Source: Deferribacterales bacterium (GTDB taxonomy: Bacteria; Chrysiogenota; Deferribacteres; Deferribacterales; Geovibrionaceae). From it: a stretch of DNA of 64,000 nt. The translations under genes were made by a program, and so were the position numbers. Numbering within the stretch: position 1 is the first letter of the stretch; the number at the start of each line of letters is the position of its first letter. This document shows, piece after piece, positions 37,649-48,060 of the stretch. Location of the stretch: positions 224,001-288,000 of the forward strand of contig JBFWLW010000001.1 of NCBI GenBank assembly GCA_050251945.1. Reading direction: 5' to 3'. The notes beneath the pieces were generated by a model. That model was not told the origin of the DNA. It ran no database searches and worked only from the letters and a program-made list of their open reading frames with translations.

Positions 37649-39787
37649 ATGGAAAAAAATATTCAGACTTTCCCTATTCGCCTGCGTGAAGACGCCGACG
37701 AAATAATTTTTGAAACCGGCTGGAAAGCCAAGCAGGCAAACGGCAGTGTATGGATCAAACAGGGCGGCACAATCGTCCTCGTTACTGCTGTCGGTCAGAA
37801 AAAAGCAGCTGCAAATCAGGGATTTTTTCCCTTGACTGTCAACTACTTTGAAAAATTCTACGCAGCGGGCAAGATTCCCGGCGGTTTCTTTAAAAGAGAG
37901 GCTAAACCCTCCGATAAAGAAACGCTCATTTCCCGTCTGATAGACAGACCGCTGCGCCCTATGTTTCCCGACGGTTTCAGAAACGAAACTCAGGTGATAG
38001 CTACTGTCGTTTCATATGACGGCGTTAACTCGCCCGATATGCTTGCGATGAACGCTGCCAGTGCCGCGCTTATGATATCCGATATTCCCTTCAACGGACC
38101 TATAGCCGGTGTCAAAGTGGGCAGACTGGACGGTAAGCTTCTCATAGATCCCCCCTCAAACCGCGTCAGCGAGCTTGACATCAGCATGACCCTCGCCGGT
38201 ACTGACGATGCCATCGTTATGGTTGAGGCAGGGATGAACAACGTTTCCGAAGAAGAGGTTGTTGAAGCTCTTCAGTTCGGACACAAACACATCCGTATGC
38301 TCGTTGCTCACCAGCTTGAAATGGTTAAAGCGCTTGGCAAAGAGAAATTTGCCTATGAAAGCTTCGCCGTTCCCGCTGACGATGTCAACGACGCTATGGC
38401 TGTTATCGGCGACAAGATCAAGGCTGCACTGGTTATTCCTCAGAAACTTGAGAAATACGCAGCTATCGACAAGCTTGAAGAGGAATTCCTTGTACTCATG
38501 AAAGAAAAAGTGGGTGAAGAGGAATACGCCGCTAAAGAAGGTCACTTCAAAAATATCTACCACGAAGTTGAGAAAACAGCTTTCAGAAACTTCACAATAG
38601 ATTCTAAAACAAGGATCGACGGACGTTCTTACACAGAAGTCCGCCCCATAGACATTGAGCACGCTCTTCTGCCTATGACCCACGGTTCCGCTCTCTTCAC
38701 CAGAGGCGAAACTCAGGCGCTGGTGGTTGCAACGCTTGGTACAAAAATGGATACACAGATCCTTGACAACATCGACGGCGAAGGCAGAAAACGCTTTATG
38801 CTGCACTATAACTTCCCGCCTTTCTGCGTTGGCGAGGTCGGCTTCATGAGAGGACCCGGCAGACGCGAGATCGGTCACGGTGCGCTTGCTGAAAGAGCTC
38901 TGTCATACGTTCTGCCCGATGAAGACAACTTCCCCTATACCGTGCGCATCGTTTCTGAGGTTCTTGAATCAAACGGTTCATCCTCTATGGCGACAGTGTG
39001 CGGCGGATGCCTCAGCCTTATGGATGCAGGCGTTCCGGTCAAAGCTCCCGTTGCGGGCGTTGCTATGGGTCTTATCTATGAAGGAAAAGACAGATACGCA
39101 GTCCTCAGCGACATCATGGGAACTGAAGACCACCTTGGCGATATGGACTTCAAAGTTGCAGGTACCAAAGACGGTATCACCGCGCTTCAGATGGACATCA
39201 AAATAGAAGGTCTTTCAAAAGAACTTCTTGAGACAGCTCTTGAGCAGGCGAAAGCTGCAAGACTTCATATTCTCGGCAAAATGATCGACGTTCTGCCCGA
39301 ACCTAAAGAAGACCTTGCTCCTACAGCCCCCAGATACCTCACCATGAAGATCAACCCCGAGAAGATCGGTATGGTTATCGGACCGGGAGGAAAGATGATC
39401 AAATCCATCATCGAGGAATCAGGCGCGTCCATAGACATCGACGATACTGGCAAGATAAACATCTTTGCTGTAAGCAAAGACGCTATAACCATCGCTCAGA
39501 GACGTGTGAACGAGATCGTTGCAGAAGTCGAAGATGGTGCTGTTTACGATGCTGTTGTCAAAAAGATAATGGAATACGGCGCATTCGTGGAGCTTATCCC
39601 CGGAATCGAGGCACTGCTTCACGTTTCCCAGTACAGCAACGAACGCATTAACAAGATTGAGGACTACCTCAGTGTCGGTGACAGCGTTCAGGTGAAAGTT
39701 GTGGGCAAAGATCCCAACGGACGCTACAAACTCTCCAGAAAAGTTCTTCTCTCCGCAGAAAAACCTGAGGAAAAAGAAGAAAATTAA
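37649..39787 (+). CDS. pnp: Polyribonucleotide nucleotidyltransferase
   Basis: FFPLTV, RREIGHG, SNGSSSMA, GDMDFKVAG, KH and S1 domains. Confidence 0.98.
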   Translation: MEKNIQTFPIRLREDADEIIFETGWKAKQANGSVWIKQGGTIVLVTAVGQKKAAANQGFFPLTVNYFEKFYAAGKIPGGFFKREAKPSDKETLISRLIDRPLRPMFPDGFRNETQVIATVVSYDGVNSPDMLAMNAASAALMISDIPFNGPIAGVKVGRLDGKLLIDPPSNRVSELDISMTLAGTDDAIVMVEAGMNNVSEEEVVEALQFGHKHIRMLVAHQLEMVKALGKEKFAYESFAVPADDVNDAMAVIGDKIKAALVIPQKLEKYAAIDKLEEEFLVLMKEKVGEEEYAAKEGHFKNIYHEVEKTAFRNFTIDSKTRIDGRSYTEVRPIDIEHALLPMTHGSALFTRGETQALVVATLGTKMDTQILDNIDGEGRKRFMLHYNFPPFCVGEVGFMRGPGRREIGHGALAERALSYVLPDEDNFPYTVRIVSEVLESNGSSSMATVCGGCLSLMDAGVPVKAPVAGVAMGLIYEGKDRYAVLSDIMGTEDHLGDMDFKVAGTKDGITALQMDIKIEGLSKELLETALEQAKAARLHILGKMIDVLPEPKEDLAPTAPRYLTMKINPEKIGMVIGPGGKMIKSIIEESGASIDIDDTGKINIFAVSKDAITIAQRRVNEIVAEVEDGAVYDAVVKKIMEYGAFVELIPGIEALLHVSQYSNERINKIEDYLSVGDSVQVKVVGKDPNGRYKLSRKVLLSAEKPEEKEEN

Positions 39788-39791
39788 TATC

Positions 39792-39811
39792 AAGGGAGCT
39801 TCGGCTCCCTT
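39792..39811 (+). repeat. Left copy of the duplicated terminator hairpin (target duplication)
   Basis: AAGGGAGCTTCGGCTCCCTT is identical to 39996-40015. Confidence 0.92.
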
Positions 39812-39995
39812 CAGACTGATGACAAAGTCGAAAAAGACGAGATCGCTTCGTCGCTTTATTCGACAAATAGTTTAAAGTGGACTCATTCAGCCTTCGGCTA
39901 GTGCTTCTCGCGAAGACGTAAGTTACTGTCATTGCGAGGAAGCCTCAGGCTGACGCGGCAATCTCATTGATTTTAACCAGTTTATCAGCAACCTG
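39812..39995. mobile_element. MITE-like element copy 2 (184 bp, variant interior)
   Basis: TIRs CAGACTGATGACAAA / TTTATCAGCAACCTG; 20-bp perfect direct repeat on both sides; internal palindromes homologous to the other copies. Confidence 0.85.
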
Positions 39996-40019
39996 AAGGG
40001 AGCTTCGGCTCCCTTTTTT
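39996..40019 (+). terminator. Intrinsic terminator of pnp (right copy of the duplication)
   Basis: GGGAGC-TTCG-GCTCCC followed by TTTTTT. Confidence 0.88.
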
Positions 40020-40025
40020 ATTCAA

Positions 40026-40054
40026 TTGACCACACAACCTTTGCGGTGTAAAAT
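40026..40054 (+). promoter_or_regulatory. Sigma70 promoter for the M16 peptidase-dut genes
   Basis: TTGACC-17 nt-TAAAAT. Confidence 0.7.
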
Positions 40055-40084
40055 CTTCCTTCATTCAATTCAAAAGGACACTTA

Positions 40085-41302
40085 ATGAGAGAAATATACA
40101 AAGTCGGCAACATTCCTGTTATCTACGAGAATGTAACCAGCCTTCCGGGGCTTTTCACCATATCCGTATTTTTCGACACGGGTTCCGCAAACGAAACAAA
40201 AGCAAACAACGGTGTTTCCCACTTCATCGAACACATGGCATTCCGCGGCACCAGAGACTATTCAAATGAGGAGATAAGCAGACTTTCCGAAATGTACGGC
40301 GGCTACATGAACGCCTATACGTCGAAAGAAACAACTGCATATTACATAAAGGGTTTTTCAGGAAATTTGGAACTTTTCATAAAACTGATGGCAAATATCT
40401 GTTTTTATCCGGTGTTCATCGAAGATGATTTTTTGCAGGAAAAACAGATAATCATAGATGAGATAAACTCCATTATGGACAGCCCCGATGAATATCTGGG
40501 CGAGGTATCGGAAGAGGAGCTTTTCAGAGGCTGTTCGCTTGAGTACCCTGTGTCCGGCACCGTCGCTTCAGTTGAACAGCTTGAGTTCTCAGAACTCAAC
40601 CGTTTTTACAAGGAAAACTACACTCCGGACAATTGCATAATAACAATAAGCGGCGATGTGAAAATGGATGATGTCTCTAAATATATTAGTAAATATTTTC
40701 CTGCTTCACAAAATAATTATGCCGGAAAGCTAAACCATTACATTCCTGCATATTCGCCCAAAAATCACGATTTTCATTTCAAATCAGGACAGAGTTACGT
40801 TCAGCTTATGTACCCGGCGTTTGAATACGGCAATGTTGAAAGATACGCTCTGTCGGGCGGTGTGATGATTCTGGGCGGGCTGATGAGTTCAAGGCTTTTT
40901 CAGGAGATACGGGAAAAACGCGGACTCTGCTACAACATTGAAGCGGAGGCTGTTCTTTACAGAAAGGCGGGATATGCAAACATCATGTACTCATGCGCAG
41001 AAAAATCAGGCGACAAAGTGCTTGAACTTGTATTTACGGAAATAAAGAAGCTGGTTGAAAATGGAATCACAGACGACGAGCTTACTATGATAAAGAATCA
41101 GCTCATCCTTTCTTATGTTTCAAACTTTGAAACCCTTGAAAGCCGCGTACAGATGAATTTTCGGCAGTTTTACCATTACGGCAGACTGCTTGAAAGCGAA
41201 GAGATAATGGGCAGGATAGAGACGCTGGATAAAGTGAGTATACAGCGTACGGCTGCAGAAATATTTAAGAGGGAGTATTCGGTATGCAGACTTGTAAAGT
41301 AA
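40085..41302 (+). CDS. M16 family zinc peptidase
   Basis: HFIEH inverted zinc motif, [21 protein letters not shown]. Confidence 0.92.
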   Translation: MREIYKVGNIPVIYENVTSLPGLFTISVFFDTGSANETKANNGVSHFIEHMAFRGTRDYSNEEISRLSEMYGGYMNAYTSKETTAYYIKGFSGNLELFIKLMANICFYPVFIEDDFLQEKQIIIDEINSIMDSPDEYLGEVSEEELFRGCSLEYPVSGTVASVEQLEFSELNRFYKENYTPDNCIITISGDVKMDDVSKYISKYFPASQNNYAGKLNHYIPAYSPKNHDFHFKSGQSYVQLMYPAFEYGNVERYALSGGVMILGGLMSSRLFQEIREKRGLCYNIEAEAVLYRKAGYANIMYSCAEKSGDKVLELVFTEIKKLVENGITDDELTMIKNQLILSYVSNFETLESRVQMNFRQFYHYGRLLESEEIMGRIETLDKVSIQRTAAEIFKREYSVCRLVK

Positions 41303-41718
41303 AGATAAAAGCAGACGATCCGGCGCTTATGCCGGAGTATAAGACGGAACACGCGGCGGGCGTTGACCTTATGGCGGCGCACAGCGGCGAGATAAAACCT
41401 TTTGAAAGGACACTGGTGAAAACAGGTCTTTATATCGAACTGCCGGAAGGTTTTGAGGCGCAAATACGCCCCAGAAGCGGTCTGGCGCTTAAAAACGGCA
41501 TAACACTGCTCAACACTCCCGGAACAATAGATTCCGACTACAGGGGCGAGCTTGGAATAATTCTTATAAATCTTTCTCAGGATACGTTTGTTTTCAAGAA
41601 AGGCGACCGAATAGCGCAGATGGTAATAGCACCCGTTACCAGAGCTGTTTTTGAACATGCGACCGAATTGTCTGAAACCGAAAGGGGCGCAGGCGGCTTC
41701 GGACACACAGGAATATGA
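41284..41718 (+). CDS. dut: dUTPase
   Basis: [32 protein letters not shown]. Confidence 0.97.
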   Translation: MQTCKVKIKADDPALMPEYKTEHAAGVDLMAAHSGEIKPFERTLVKTGLYIELPEGFEAQIRPRSGLALKNGITLLNTPGTIDSDYRGELGIILINLSQDTFVFKKGDRIAQMVIAPVTRAVFEHATELSETERGAGGFGHTGI

Positions 41719-41787
41719 CACAATTATGTTTATAAATTTTCTCATTTGTGTGCTAATATGACTTATCAAGTTTTTAAGGGTGATTCT

Positions 41788-44340
41788 ATGAAAGTCTATG
41801 AATTCAATGTGAAAACCAAACTCCCCGACAAGCTCCGTCCGCTGGAGCAGATAGCGCATAACCTCTGGTATAGCTGGAACTGGGAGGCGAGAGAGCTTTT
41901 CCGTATGATAAATATGGAACTTTGGGAGCAATGTGAGCATAACCCCGTGTGGGTGCTTTCAAAGCTCAATGACAAAGACTTCCGCAGACTTGTCGGCGAC
42001 CCCGTTTTCATGAATGTAATGGACAACGTACACGAACGCCTCAACGAATATAAAATGCTCCCTAAATGGTTTGATCTTGCTCACAGCGGCAAGAGAGAAG
42101 AGGGGATGCAGATAGCCTATTTCAGCGCGGAATACGGCATACATGAATCCGTGAAGCTCTATTCCGGCGGTCTCGGCGTCCTTTCGGGCGACCACTGTAA
42201 ATCTGCCAGCGACATAGGTATTCCTTTCATAGCGGTTGGTTTGCTCTACAGAAACGGCTATTTCCACCAGTACCTTAATTCCGACGGCTGGCAGCAGCAG
42301 TCGGTTCCGTACAACGATTTTCACAGGATGCCGATAACACCAGTTAAAGATGCGGACGGTAACGAGATATGCGTTCAGGTCAGAATAGCCGAAAGCGACG
42401 TAAACGTTAAGGTCTGGAAACTGGAGATCGGCGTTATCACTCTCTATCTGCTTGACACCGACCTGACAACTAACAGCCCCCAACATAGAAACATTACGGC
42501 GCAGCTTTACGGCGGCGATTCGGATATGAGGCTGAAACAGGAGATAATCCTCGGCATTGCCGGCGTTCGCGCTCTGAAAACCATGGGATTCCGCCCGACA
42601 GTATACCACCTGAACGAGGGACACCCTTCATTTGCGGCACTTGAGCGTATCAGACTCTGCGTCGAAGACGGAATGAACCTTCGCACAGCGGCAGAGGTTG
42701 TTAAGAAAAGTACGCTGTTCACCACACACACGCCTGTTCCCGCAGGTTTCGATGTGTTCAGTTTCGACCAGATAAAAAAATACCTTGGTCCGATATTTGA
42801 ACCGTCAGGCTTCAATATAAATCAGATAATGGGATTCGGACGCGAGAACCCGTTCAACGAATCAGAGAGTTTTGCTATGGCGATCGCAGGTATCCGTCTG
42901 AGTACCTTCCGCAACGGCGTCAGCGCACTGCACGGCGAAGTTTCCAGACAGATGTTCAAGAACCTCTGGAGCAACGCGCTTGACAATTATGTTCCCATTG
43001 GGCACGTTACAAACGGCATACATCTTCCCACGTTCATAGCCGAAAGCTTTAAGACGATATACACCAGATATCTTTCCGAGGCGTGGTACTACAAACCATA
43101 CGATTTTGACGTATGGCACGACGTTGAAAAGATACCGGACAACGCCTTCTTTGATGCGAAACGCAAACAGAGGGAGAGACTTGTCATTTTCGCCCGTGAA
43201 AGGCTGAAAAAACAGGTTATGAAACGCGGCGGAACAGCCAGCGAAATAACAAAAGCGGACGACGTTCTTAATTCCGATACGCTTACCATCGGCTTTGCGC
43301 GCCGCTTTGCAACATACAAACGCGGCTATCTGCTGTTCATGGACGAGGAACGTCTCGCGAAAATTCTGAATAACCCCGAAAGACCAGTTCAGATAATTAT
43401 AGCGGGTAAAGCACACCCAAAAGACGACGGCGGAAAAGAGATAATCAAAAAGATATTCCATATCTGCCGCAAACCCGAATTCAGAGACAAAGTTACCTTT
43501 GTTGAGGACTACGACATTGAAGTGGCAAGACACCTTGCCCATGGTGTTGACATATGGCTCAATACACCTCTGCGCCCTATGGAAGCATCAGGCACCAGTG
43601 GTATGAAGATCGCAGCTAACGGAGGTCTGAACCTTTCCATCCTCGACGGATGGTGGGCGGAGGGCTATAACGGCGAAACAGGCTGGGCTATAGGTGCCGG
43701 TGAGGAATACGACAAACAGGATTATCAGGATTTTGTCGAAAGCATGGAGCTTTATGACAAACTTGAGAATGAGATAATCCCTCTGTTCTATAACCGCGAT
43801 AAAGTTGGCATACCCAGAGAATGGACGCATATGATGAAGCAGGCTGTTAAAGTTTGTGCCGCTTTCTTCAATACTTCCAGAATGGTTATGGAATATACTG
43901 ATAAATATTACGTTCAGCTTCATGAACTTTATAAAGATATCTCATCCAATGGTTTTGAAGGTGCTTCCAAGTATCTGGAATGGAAAGAGAATGTTATAAG
44001 TGGATGGGATTCTGTTGAAATAGTTGAGAGCGGTGTTCAGGCTGATTCCATAGAAATGGGCGGTTATGTGACATTTGAAGCAAATATCCGCTCACCGAAG
44101 ATAGATAACGAAAGCCTCGCAGTTTACGCCGTTGTTGAGTTTGACGGTGAGAGCGGGGTGCTTAAAAACCCGAAATTCATCGCCCTTGAACTTGCGGAGA
44201 AAAACGGGGATATCAGCACTTATAAAGCGCATTTCAGAATTGACAATGCAGGCAAGATGAAGGTCGGCTTTGCTGCCGTGCCTTGCCATAAGTATCTGAA
44301 AAATATATTTGAATTGAATCTTGTTATGTGGGCAAAATGA
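41788..44340 (+). CDS. glgP: Alpha-glucan (glycogen/maltodextrin) phosphorylase
   Basis: YSGGLGVLSGDH, HLNEGH, FARRFATYKR, EASGTSGMK (PLP lysine); start re-set to MKVYEF. Confidence 0.95.
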   Translation: MKVYEFNVKTKLPDKLRPLEQIAHNLWYSWNWEARELFRMINMELWEQCEHNPVWVLSKLNDKDFRRLVGDPVFMNVMDNVHERLNEYKMLPKWFDLAHSGKREEGMQIAYFSAEYGIHESVKLYSGGLGVLSGDHCKSASDIGIPFIAVGLLYRNGYFHQYLNSDGWQQQSVPYNDFHRMPITPVKDADGNEICVQVRIAESDVNVKVWKLEIGVITLYLLDTDLTTNSPQHRNITAQLYGGDSDMRLKQEIILGIAGVRALKTMGFRPTVYHLNEGHPSFAALERIRLCVEDGMNLRTAAEVVKKSTLFTTHTPVPAGFDVFSFDQIKKYLGPIFEPSGFNINQIMGFGRENPFNESESFAMAIAGIRLSTFRNGVSALHGEVSRQMFKNLWSNALDNYVPIGHVTNGIHLPTFIAESFKTIYTRYLSEAWYYKPYDFDVWHDVEKIPDNAFFDAKRKQRERLVIFARERLKKQVMKRGGTASEITKADDVLNSDTLTIGFARRFATYKRGYLLFMDEERLAKILNNPERPVQIIIAGKAHPKDDGGKEIIKKIFHICRKPEFRDKVTFVEDYDIEVARHLAHGVDIWLNTPLRPMEASGTSGMKIAANGGLNLSILDGWWAEGYNGETGWAIGAGEEYDKQDYQDFVESMELYDKLENEIIPLFYNRDKVGIPREWTHMMKQAVKVCAAFFNTSRMVMEYTDKYYVQLHELYKDISSNGFEGASKYLEWKENVISGWDSVEIVESGVQADSIEMGGYVTFEANIRSPKIDNESLAVYAVVEFDGESGVLKNPKFIALELAEKNGDISTYKAHFRIDNAGKMKVGFAAVPCHKYLKNIFELNLVMWAK

Positions 44341-44837
44341 GAGAATACATTCCCCATTCCACAGGGTGTTTCATCTGCGGACAGCAGAACCCTGTGGGGT
44401 TGAAGCATAGGTTTTTTGCAGAGAACGGAGCGCTTTACAGCGACGTATGCGTTCCTGCGGATTATTGCGGGTTCAAGGATGTTGTGCATGGAGGCATATG
44501 CACTGCTCTTCTGGACGAAACAATGGGTTGGTCACCGTTCATCTTTGAGGATTCACTGGACAGGCTCTGCTTTACAAGAAGTCTGGAGGTTAAATTCCGC
44601 AAAAATACCCCCACGATGACTAACCTGATAGTCGAGGCAAAATATCAGGGGATGCACAAAGGTATCTGCGAAGTGACAGGCGAGCTGAAAGATGCTTCCG
44701 GTACTGTGTTTGCGTCTGCTTCCGGCAGGTTTATCCCTATTCCGCCGGAAAAAATGAATGAGACGATTCAGTATCTTGTCATGGAAAAGGGCGTGTGCTA
44801 CCATGAAAAATGTATTAAGTATCTGAAGGGTATATGA
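44328..44837 (+). CDS. PaaI-family thioesterase
   Basis: CFICGQQNPVGL, VHGGICTALLDETMG. Confidence 0.88.
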   Translation: MGKMREYIPHSTGCFICGQQNPVGLKHRFFAENGALYSDVCVPADYCGFKDVVHGGICTALLDETMGWSPFIFEDSLDRLCFTRSLEVKFRKNTPTMTNLIVEAKYQGMHKGICEVTGELKDASGTVFASASGRFIPIPPEKMNETIQYLVMEKGVCYHEKCIKYLKGI

Positions 44838-45985
44838 TCCGAGAAAATCGCAGGGACATGTTCGTTTTCCTGCTTTTATTAAATCTTGCTGTGTACATAT
44901 CGTTCCAGAGCTGGTCGACGATATTCAATAACTTTGCTGTTGAAAATGCCTCTCTGGACGGCTTTTACATGGGGCTTACCCAATCCATAAGAGAAATCCC
45001 CGGTTTTCTGTCTCTGCTTGTGATACTTGCGATCGTTGTTCTTCCAGAGCATAAACTCGCCGTGGTGAGCCTTATTGTTCTCGGAATAGGCATCGCTGTG
45101 ACAGGCTATCTGCCATCCACCACAGGCGTAATAATTTCAACATTAATAATGTCTTTCGGGTTCCATTTCTTTGAAACGGTTAACCAGTCACTGACATTGC
45201 AGTATTTCAATAAGCTTGAAACTCCGCTGGTTCTGAGCCGTTTGCGCAGTGTTGCCGCCGGTGGAAACATTGCCGCTGGAATACTGGTCATCATACTGCT
45301 TAAGTTTTTGGAATATAAATATATTTTCCTGATAACCGGTTTGATAGCCGTAGCGGCGGGCATATACTGTCTGAAACTGAATCCTATTGACAGCAGTCTT
45401 CCTGTTCAGAAAAAGAAATTACAGCTTAAGGCGAAATACTGGCTGTATTATGCGCTGACATTTCTTTCTGGTGCCCGCAGGCAGGTTTTCACGGCATTTT
45501 CCGTGTTTCTGATGGTGGAAAAATTTCATTTCTCAACTAGAGAAGTTGCAATACTCTTCATTATCAATAACCTGACGAATTTCTTTTTTAATCCTGTCAT
45601 TGGTAAGATGGTGAATAAATACGGCGAGCGCAGGCTTTTAAGTATTGAATACTCAACACTGGTAGTTGTTTTCGTAGGATATGCTTTTTCTGAAAGCAAG
45701 CTGTTTGTTGCTCTGCTGTATATTATAGACAACCTTGTTTACAGCTTTGTCATATCTATCAGAACATTTTTTCAGAAAATAGCCGAACCGGAAGACTTTG
45801 CGAACGGCTCTGCCATGGGATTCACCATAAATCACATAGCGGCTGTTTTTATCCCGTTTGCCGGAGGTCTGCTCTGGATGGTTGACAGAAAGATACCGTT
45901 CCTTGTGGCGGCACTTCTGGCGTTCGTATCCTTTGTTCTGGCGCAGTTCGTGCCTTCTGAACTCAGAAAATATCAACAGCAATGA
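44834..45985 (+). CDS. MFS transporter
   Basis: About 12 hydrophobic segments; SIREIPGF, FTINHIAAV. Confidence 0.85.
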   Translation: MIRENRRDMFVFLLLLNLAVYISFQSWSTIFNNFAVENASLDGFYMGLTQSIREIPGFLSLLVILAIVVLPEHKLAVVSLIVLGIGIAVTGYLPSTTGVIISTLIMSFGFHFFETVNQSLTLQYFNKLETPLVLSRLRSVAAGGNIAAGILVIILLKFLEYKYIFLITGLIAVAAGIYCLKLNPIDSSLPVQKKKLQLKAKYWLYYALTFLSGARRQVFTAFSVFLMVEKFHFSTREVAILFIINNLTNFFFNPVIGKMVNKYGERRLLSIEYSTLVVVFVGYAFSESKLFVALLYIIDNLVYSFVISIRTFFQKIAEPEDFANGSAMGFTINHIAAVFIPFAGGLLWMVDRKIPFLVAALLAFVSFVLAQFVPSELRKYQQQ

Positions 45986-46734
45986 GCGCCCCTTCATACC
46001 GCGAATTCAAACCTGCAGAGCATTTAAGACCGTTCATAGCGGCATACTGGCTGTCTGATGGTTATTACGCCGAAGAGGTTCTTTTTCCGGTTTTCGCTGA
46101 CGGCTGCTGCGATATAATCTTTGATATTGCCGGAAATTCTCCTGCTAAAATGGTTGGCACAGGAGTGAATCTGGAATATGTGCCGCTGAGTGGTAAGGTT
46201 CGTCTGGGAGGGATACGCTTCCTGCCTGGGGGATTCACGGCTCTGACAGGCATCCCCGCCGACAGAATATACGACGGAGCCGATGCTTCGGACGTTCTTA
46301 ACGGTAAGCTCATTGAAGGACTTAAAAGAATAGACGAAGGCTTCTCGCCATCCGCTCTTGATGCGGTTTTCAGCTCATGTGTTTCCTGCCAAAATCCTAT
46401 GATGTCTTTCTGGCTTTCGTCACAGGACAGCGATATAGGCGGTATCGCGTCATATTTCGGATGCTCGGTCAAAACAGTCAGCAGGACTTTTCTGCACCAC
46501 ACCGGTGCAACACCTTCAAAAATGTTATCTGTCAGGCGTTTCCAGCACGCATTAAAAATGATTACGCAAAGCTGCAGCTGTTATACCGAAATAGCTTATG
46601 AAGCAGGATATTATGACCAGTCGCATTTTATAAGGGACTTTAAAAAATATGCAGGTTCGGCGCCGTCGGATTTTTTGCACTATAAAAATTCGCTTGGTGT
46701 CCGTTTCATACAATTTCCAACCGGATGTATATGA
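45982..46734 (+). CDS. AraC-family regulator
   Basis: ADGCCDIIF N-domain; AGYYDQSHFIRDFKKYAG HTH. Confidence 0.9.
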   Translation: MSAPSYREFKPAEHLRPFIAAYWLSDGYYAEEVLFPVFADGCCDIIFDIAGNSPAKMVGTGVNLEYVPLSGKVRLGGIRFLPGGFTALTGIPADRIYDGADASDVLNGKLIEGLKRIDEGFSPSALDAVFSSCVSCQNPMMSFWLSSQDSDIGGIASYFGCSVKTVSRTFLHHTGATPSKMLSVRRFQHALKMITQSCSCYTEIAYEAGYYDQSHFIRDFKKYAGSAPSDFLHYKNSLGVRFIQFPTGCI

Positions 46735-46759
46735 TATTTTCCTGTTCAGGAGGTGCTGT

Positions 46760-47215
46760 ATGATAAAATATGGCGGTATGGCTGTCATGGCTGAGGACGT
46801 CCGGACTTCACTGGCTTTTTACAGAGATATTCTCGGGCTGGAACTGATGATGGATAACGGAAATGAACATGTTATGTTTAAATGCGGTGTTGCGCTCTGG
46901 AAGAAGGATGCGGCGCATAAGCTTATCTTCGGTTCTGTCTGCGACGGCAGGTCGTCGATGTTTGAGCTTTTCTTTGAAAGCGACGATATCAACGGTGATT
47001 ATGAACGGCTGTCAAGGGCATCAAAAGTCGTTAATCCACTTGAAGAACAGCCGTGGGGACAGCTTACGTTCAGGATATCAGATCCCGACGGGCATCTGAT
47101 AGAGGTGGGTGAAAAGCTGTCTGGTACCATCAAACGGTTCAGAGAATCCGGAATGACCGACGATGAAATAAGCTCCAGAACACACGTGGCAAAGGATATG
47201 CTGGATTCCCTTTAA
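46760..47215 (+). CDS. VOC/glyoxalase-family protein
   Basis: SLAFYRDILGL, EQPWGQ..FRISDPDGHLIEV; ATG after AGGAGG. Confidence 0.88.
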   Translation: MIKYGGMAVMAEDVRTSLAFYRDILGLELMMDNGNEHVMFKCGVALWKKDAAHKLIFGSVCDGRSSMFELFFESDDINGDYERLSRASKVVNPLEEQPWGQLTFRISDPDGHLIEVGEKLSGTIKRFRESGMTDDEISSRTHVAKDMLDSL

Positions 47216-47223
47216 AATCACTC

Positions 47224-47260
47224 AACAGCTCCGTTTCCTGCGGGGCTGTTCTCTTTTTTT
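47224..47260 (+). terminator. Intrinsic terminator
   Basis: AACAGCTCCG/CGGGGCTGTT stem followed by CTCTTTTTTT. Confidence 0.75.
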
Positions 47261-47262
47261 AC

Positions 47263-47291
47263 TTGAAGTACAAACCCACCCGCTGTATTAT
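47263..47291 (+). promoter_or_regulatory. Sigma70 promoter for the pgeF operon
   Basis: TTGAAG-17 nt-TATTAT. Confidence 0.55.
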
Positions 47292-47319
47292 GACCTTAAA
47301 ATAGGAGCAATTTGCCTTT

Positions 47320-48060
47320 ATGACCAATATAATCATAAATTCATATAAAACAGTTCCCGAAAATGTCGACTGTTTTGTCACAACCCGCCACGGCGGATAC
47401 AGCAGAGGGGACTACGGCAATTTCAACCTTGCCGTGAGCACAGCGGAAGACCACCGGATTGCGATGAAAAACATTGAACTTCTGAAAAATGAATTTCACC
47501 TTTCAAAGCTCGTCAATCTCAATCAGGTTCATGGAAATATGGTCTATGAAGTGACATCTGACAATTATACCGATATAATGTACAGAGAGGGTGACGGACT
47601 TTTCACTTTGGAAAGCGAAATAGCCCTTGGCGTTCTCACCGCAGACTGCTATAACGTTTTTCTCGCCGGAAAAAAAGCTGTCGCCGCTCTGCATTGCGGA
47701 CATAAATCCGTTTCGTCGGATATTATGGGTGAGGCTATAAAACTTTTTGTCAAACATGGAGATTTTCCCGTGTTTGCCGGTATAGGTCCGGGGATATCAT
47801 GCGCCAATTACGAGATAGGTCCGGAACTGGCGGATACATTCGGCAAAATATGCCACGACAGTATCGTGGTTAAGGACGGAAAACTTTATCTGAGCCTGCG
47901 CACCGTGATAGAGCAAAATCTCACAAAGGCGGGTATCAGACACATTGAGCATCTGCGTAACTGCACCTTTGAAGACGAAAGCCTGTATTCTCACCGCAGA
48001 GACAAAGGCGTGACAGGGCGTATGATGGGGGTTATCGTAAGGAGAAGCGATGTTCGCTGA
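47320..48060 (+). CDS. pgeF: YfiH/PgeF laccase-domain protein
   Basis: TTRHGG, NQVHG, LTADC, ALHCG, YSHRR. Confidence 0.88.
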   Translation: MTNIIINSYKTVPENVDCFVTTRHGGYSRGDYGNFNLAVSTAEDHRIAMKNIELLKNEFHLSKLVNLNQVHGNMVYEVTSDNYTDIMYREGDGLFTLESEIALGVLTADCYNVFLAGKKAVAALHCGHKSVSSDIMGEAIKLFVKHGDFPVFAGIGPGISCANYEIGPELADTFGKICHDSIVVKDGKLYLSLRTVIEQNLTKAGIRHIEHLRNCTFEDESLYSHRRDKGVTGRMMGVIVRRSDVR

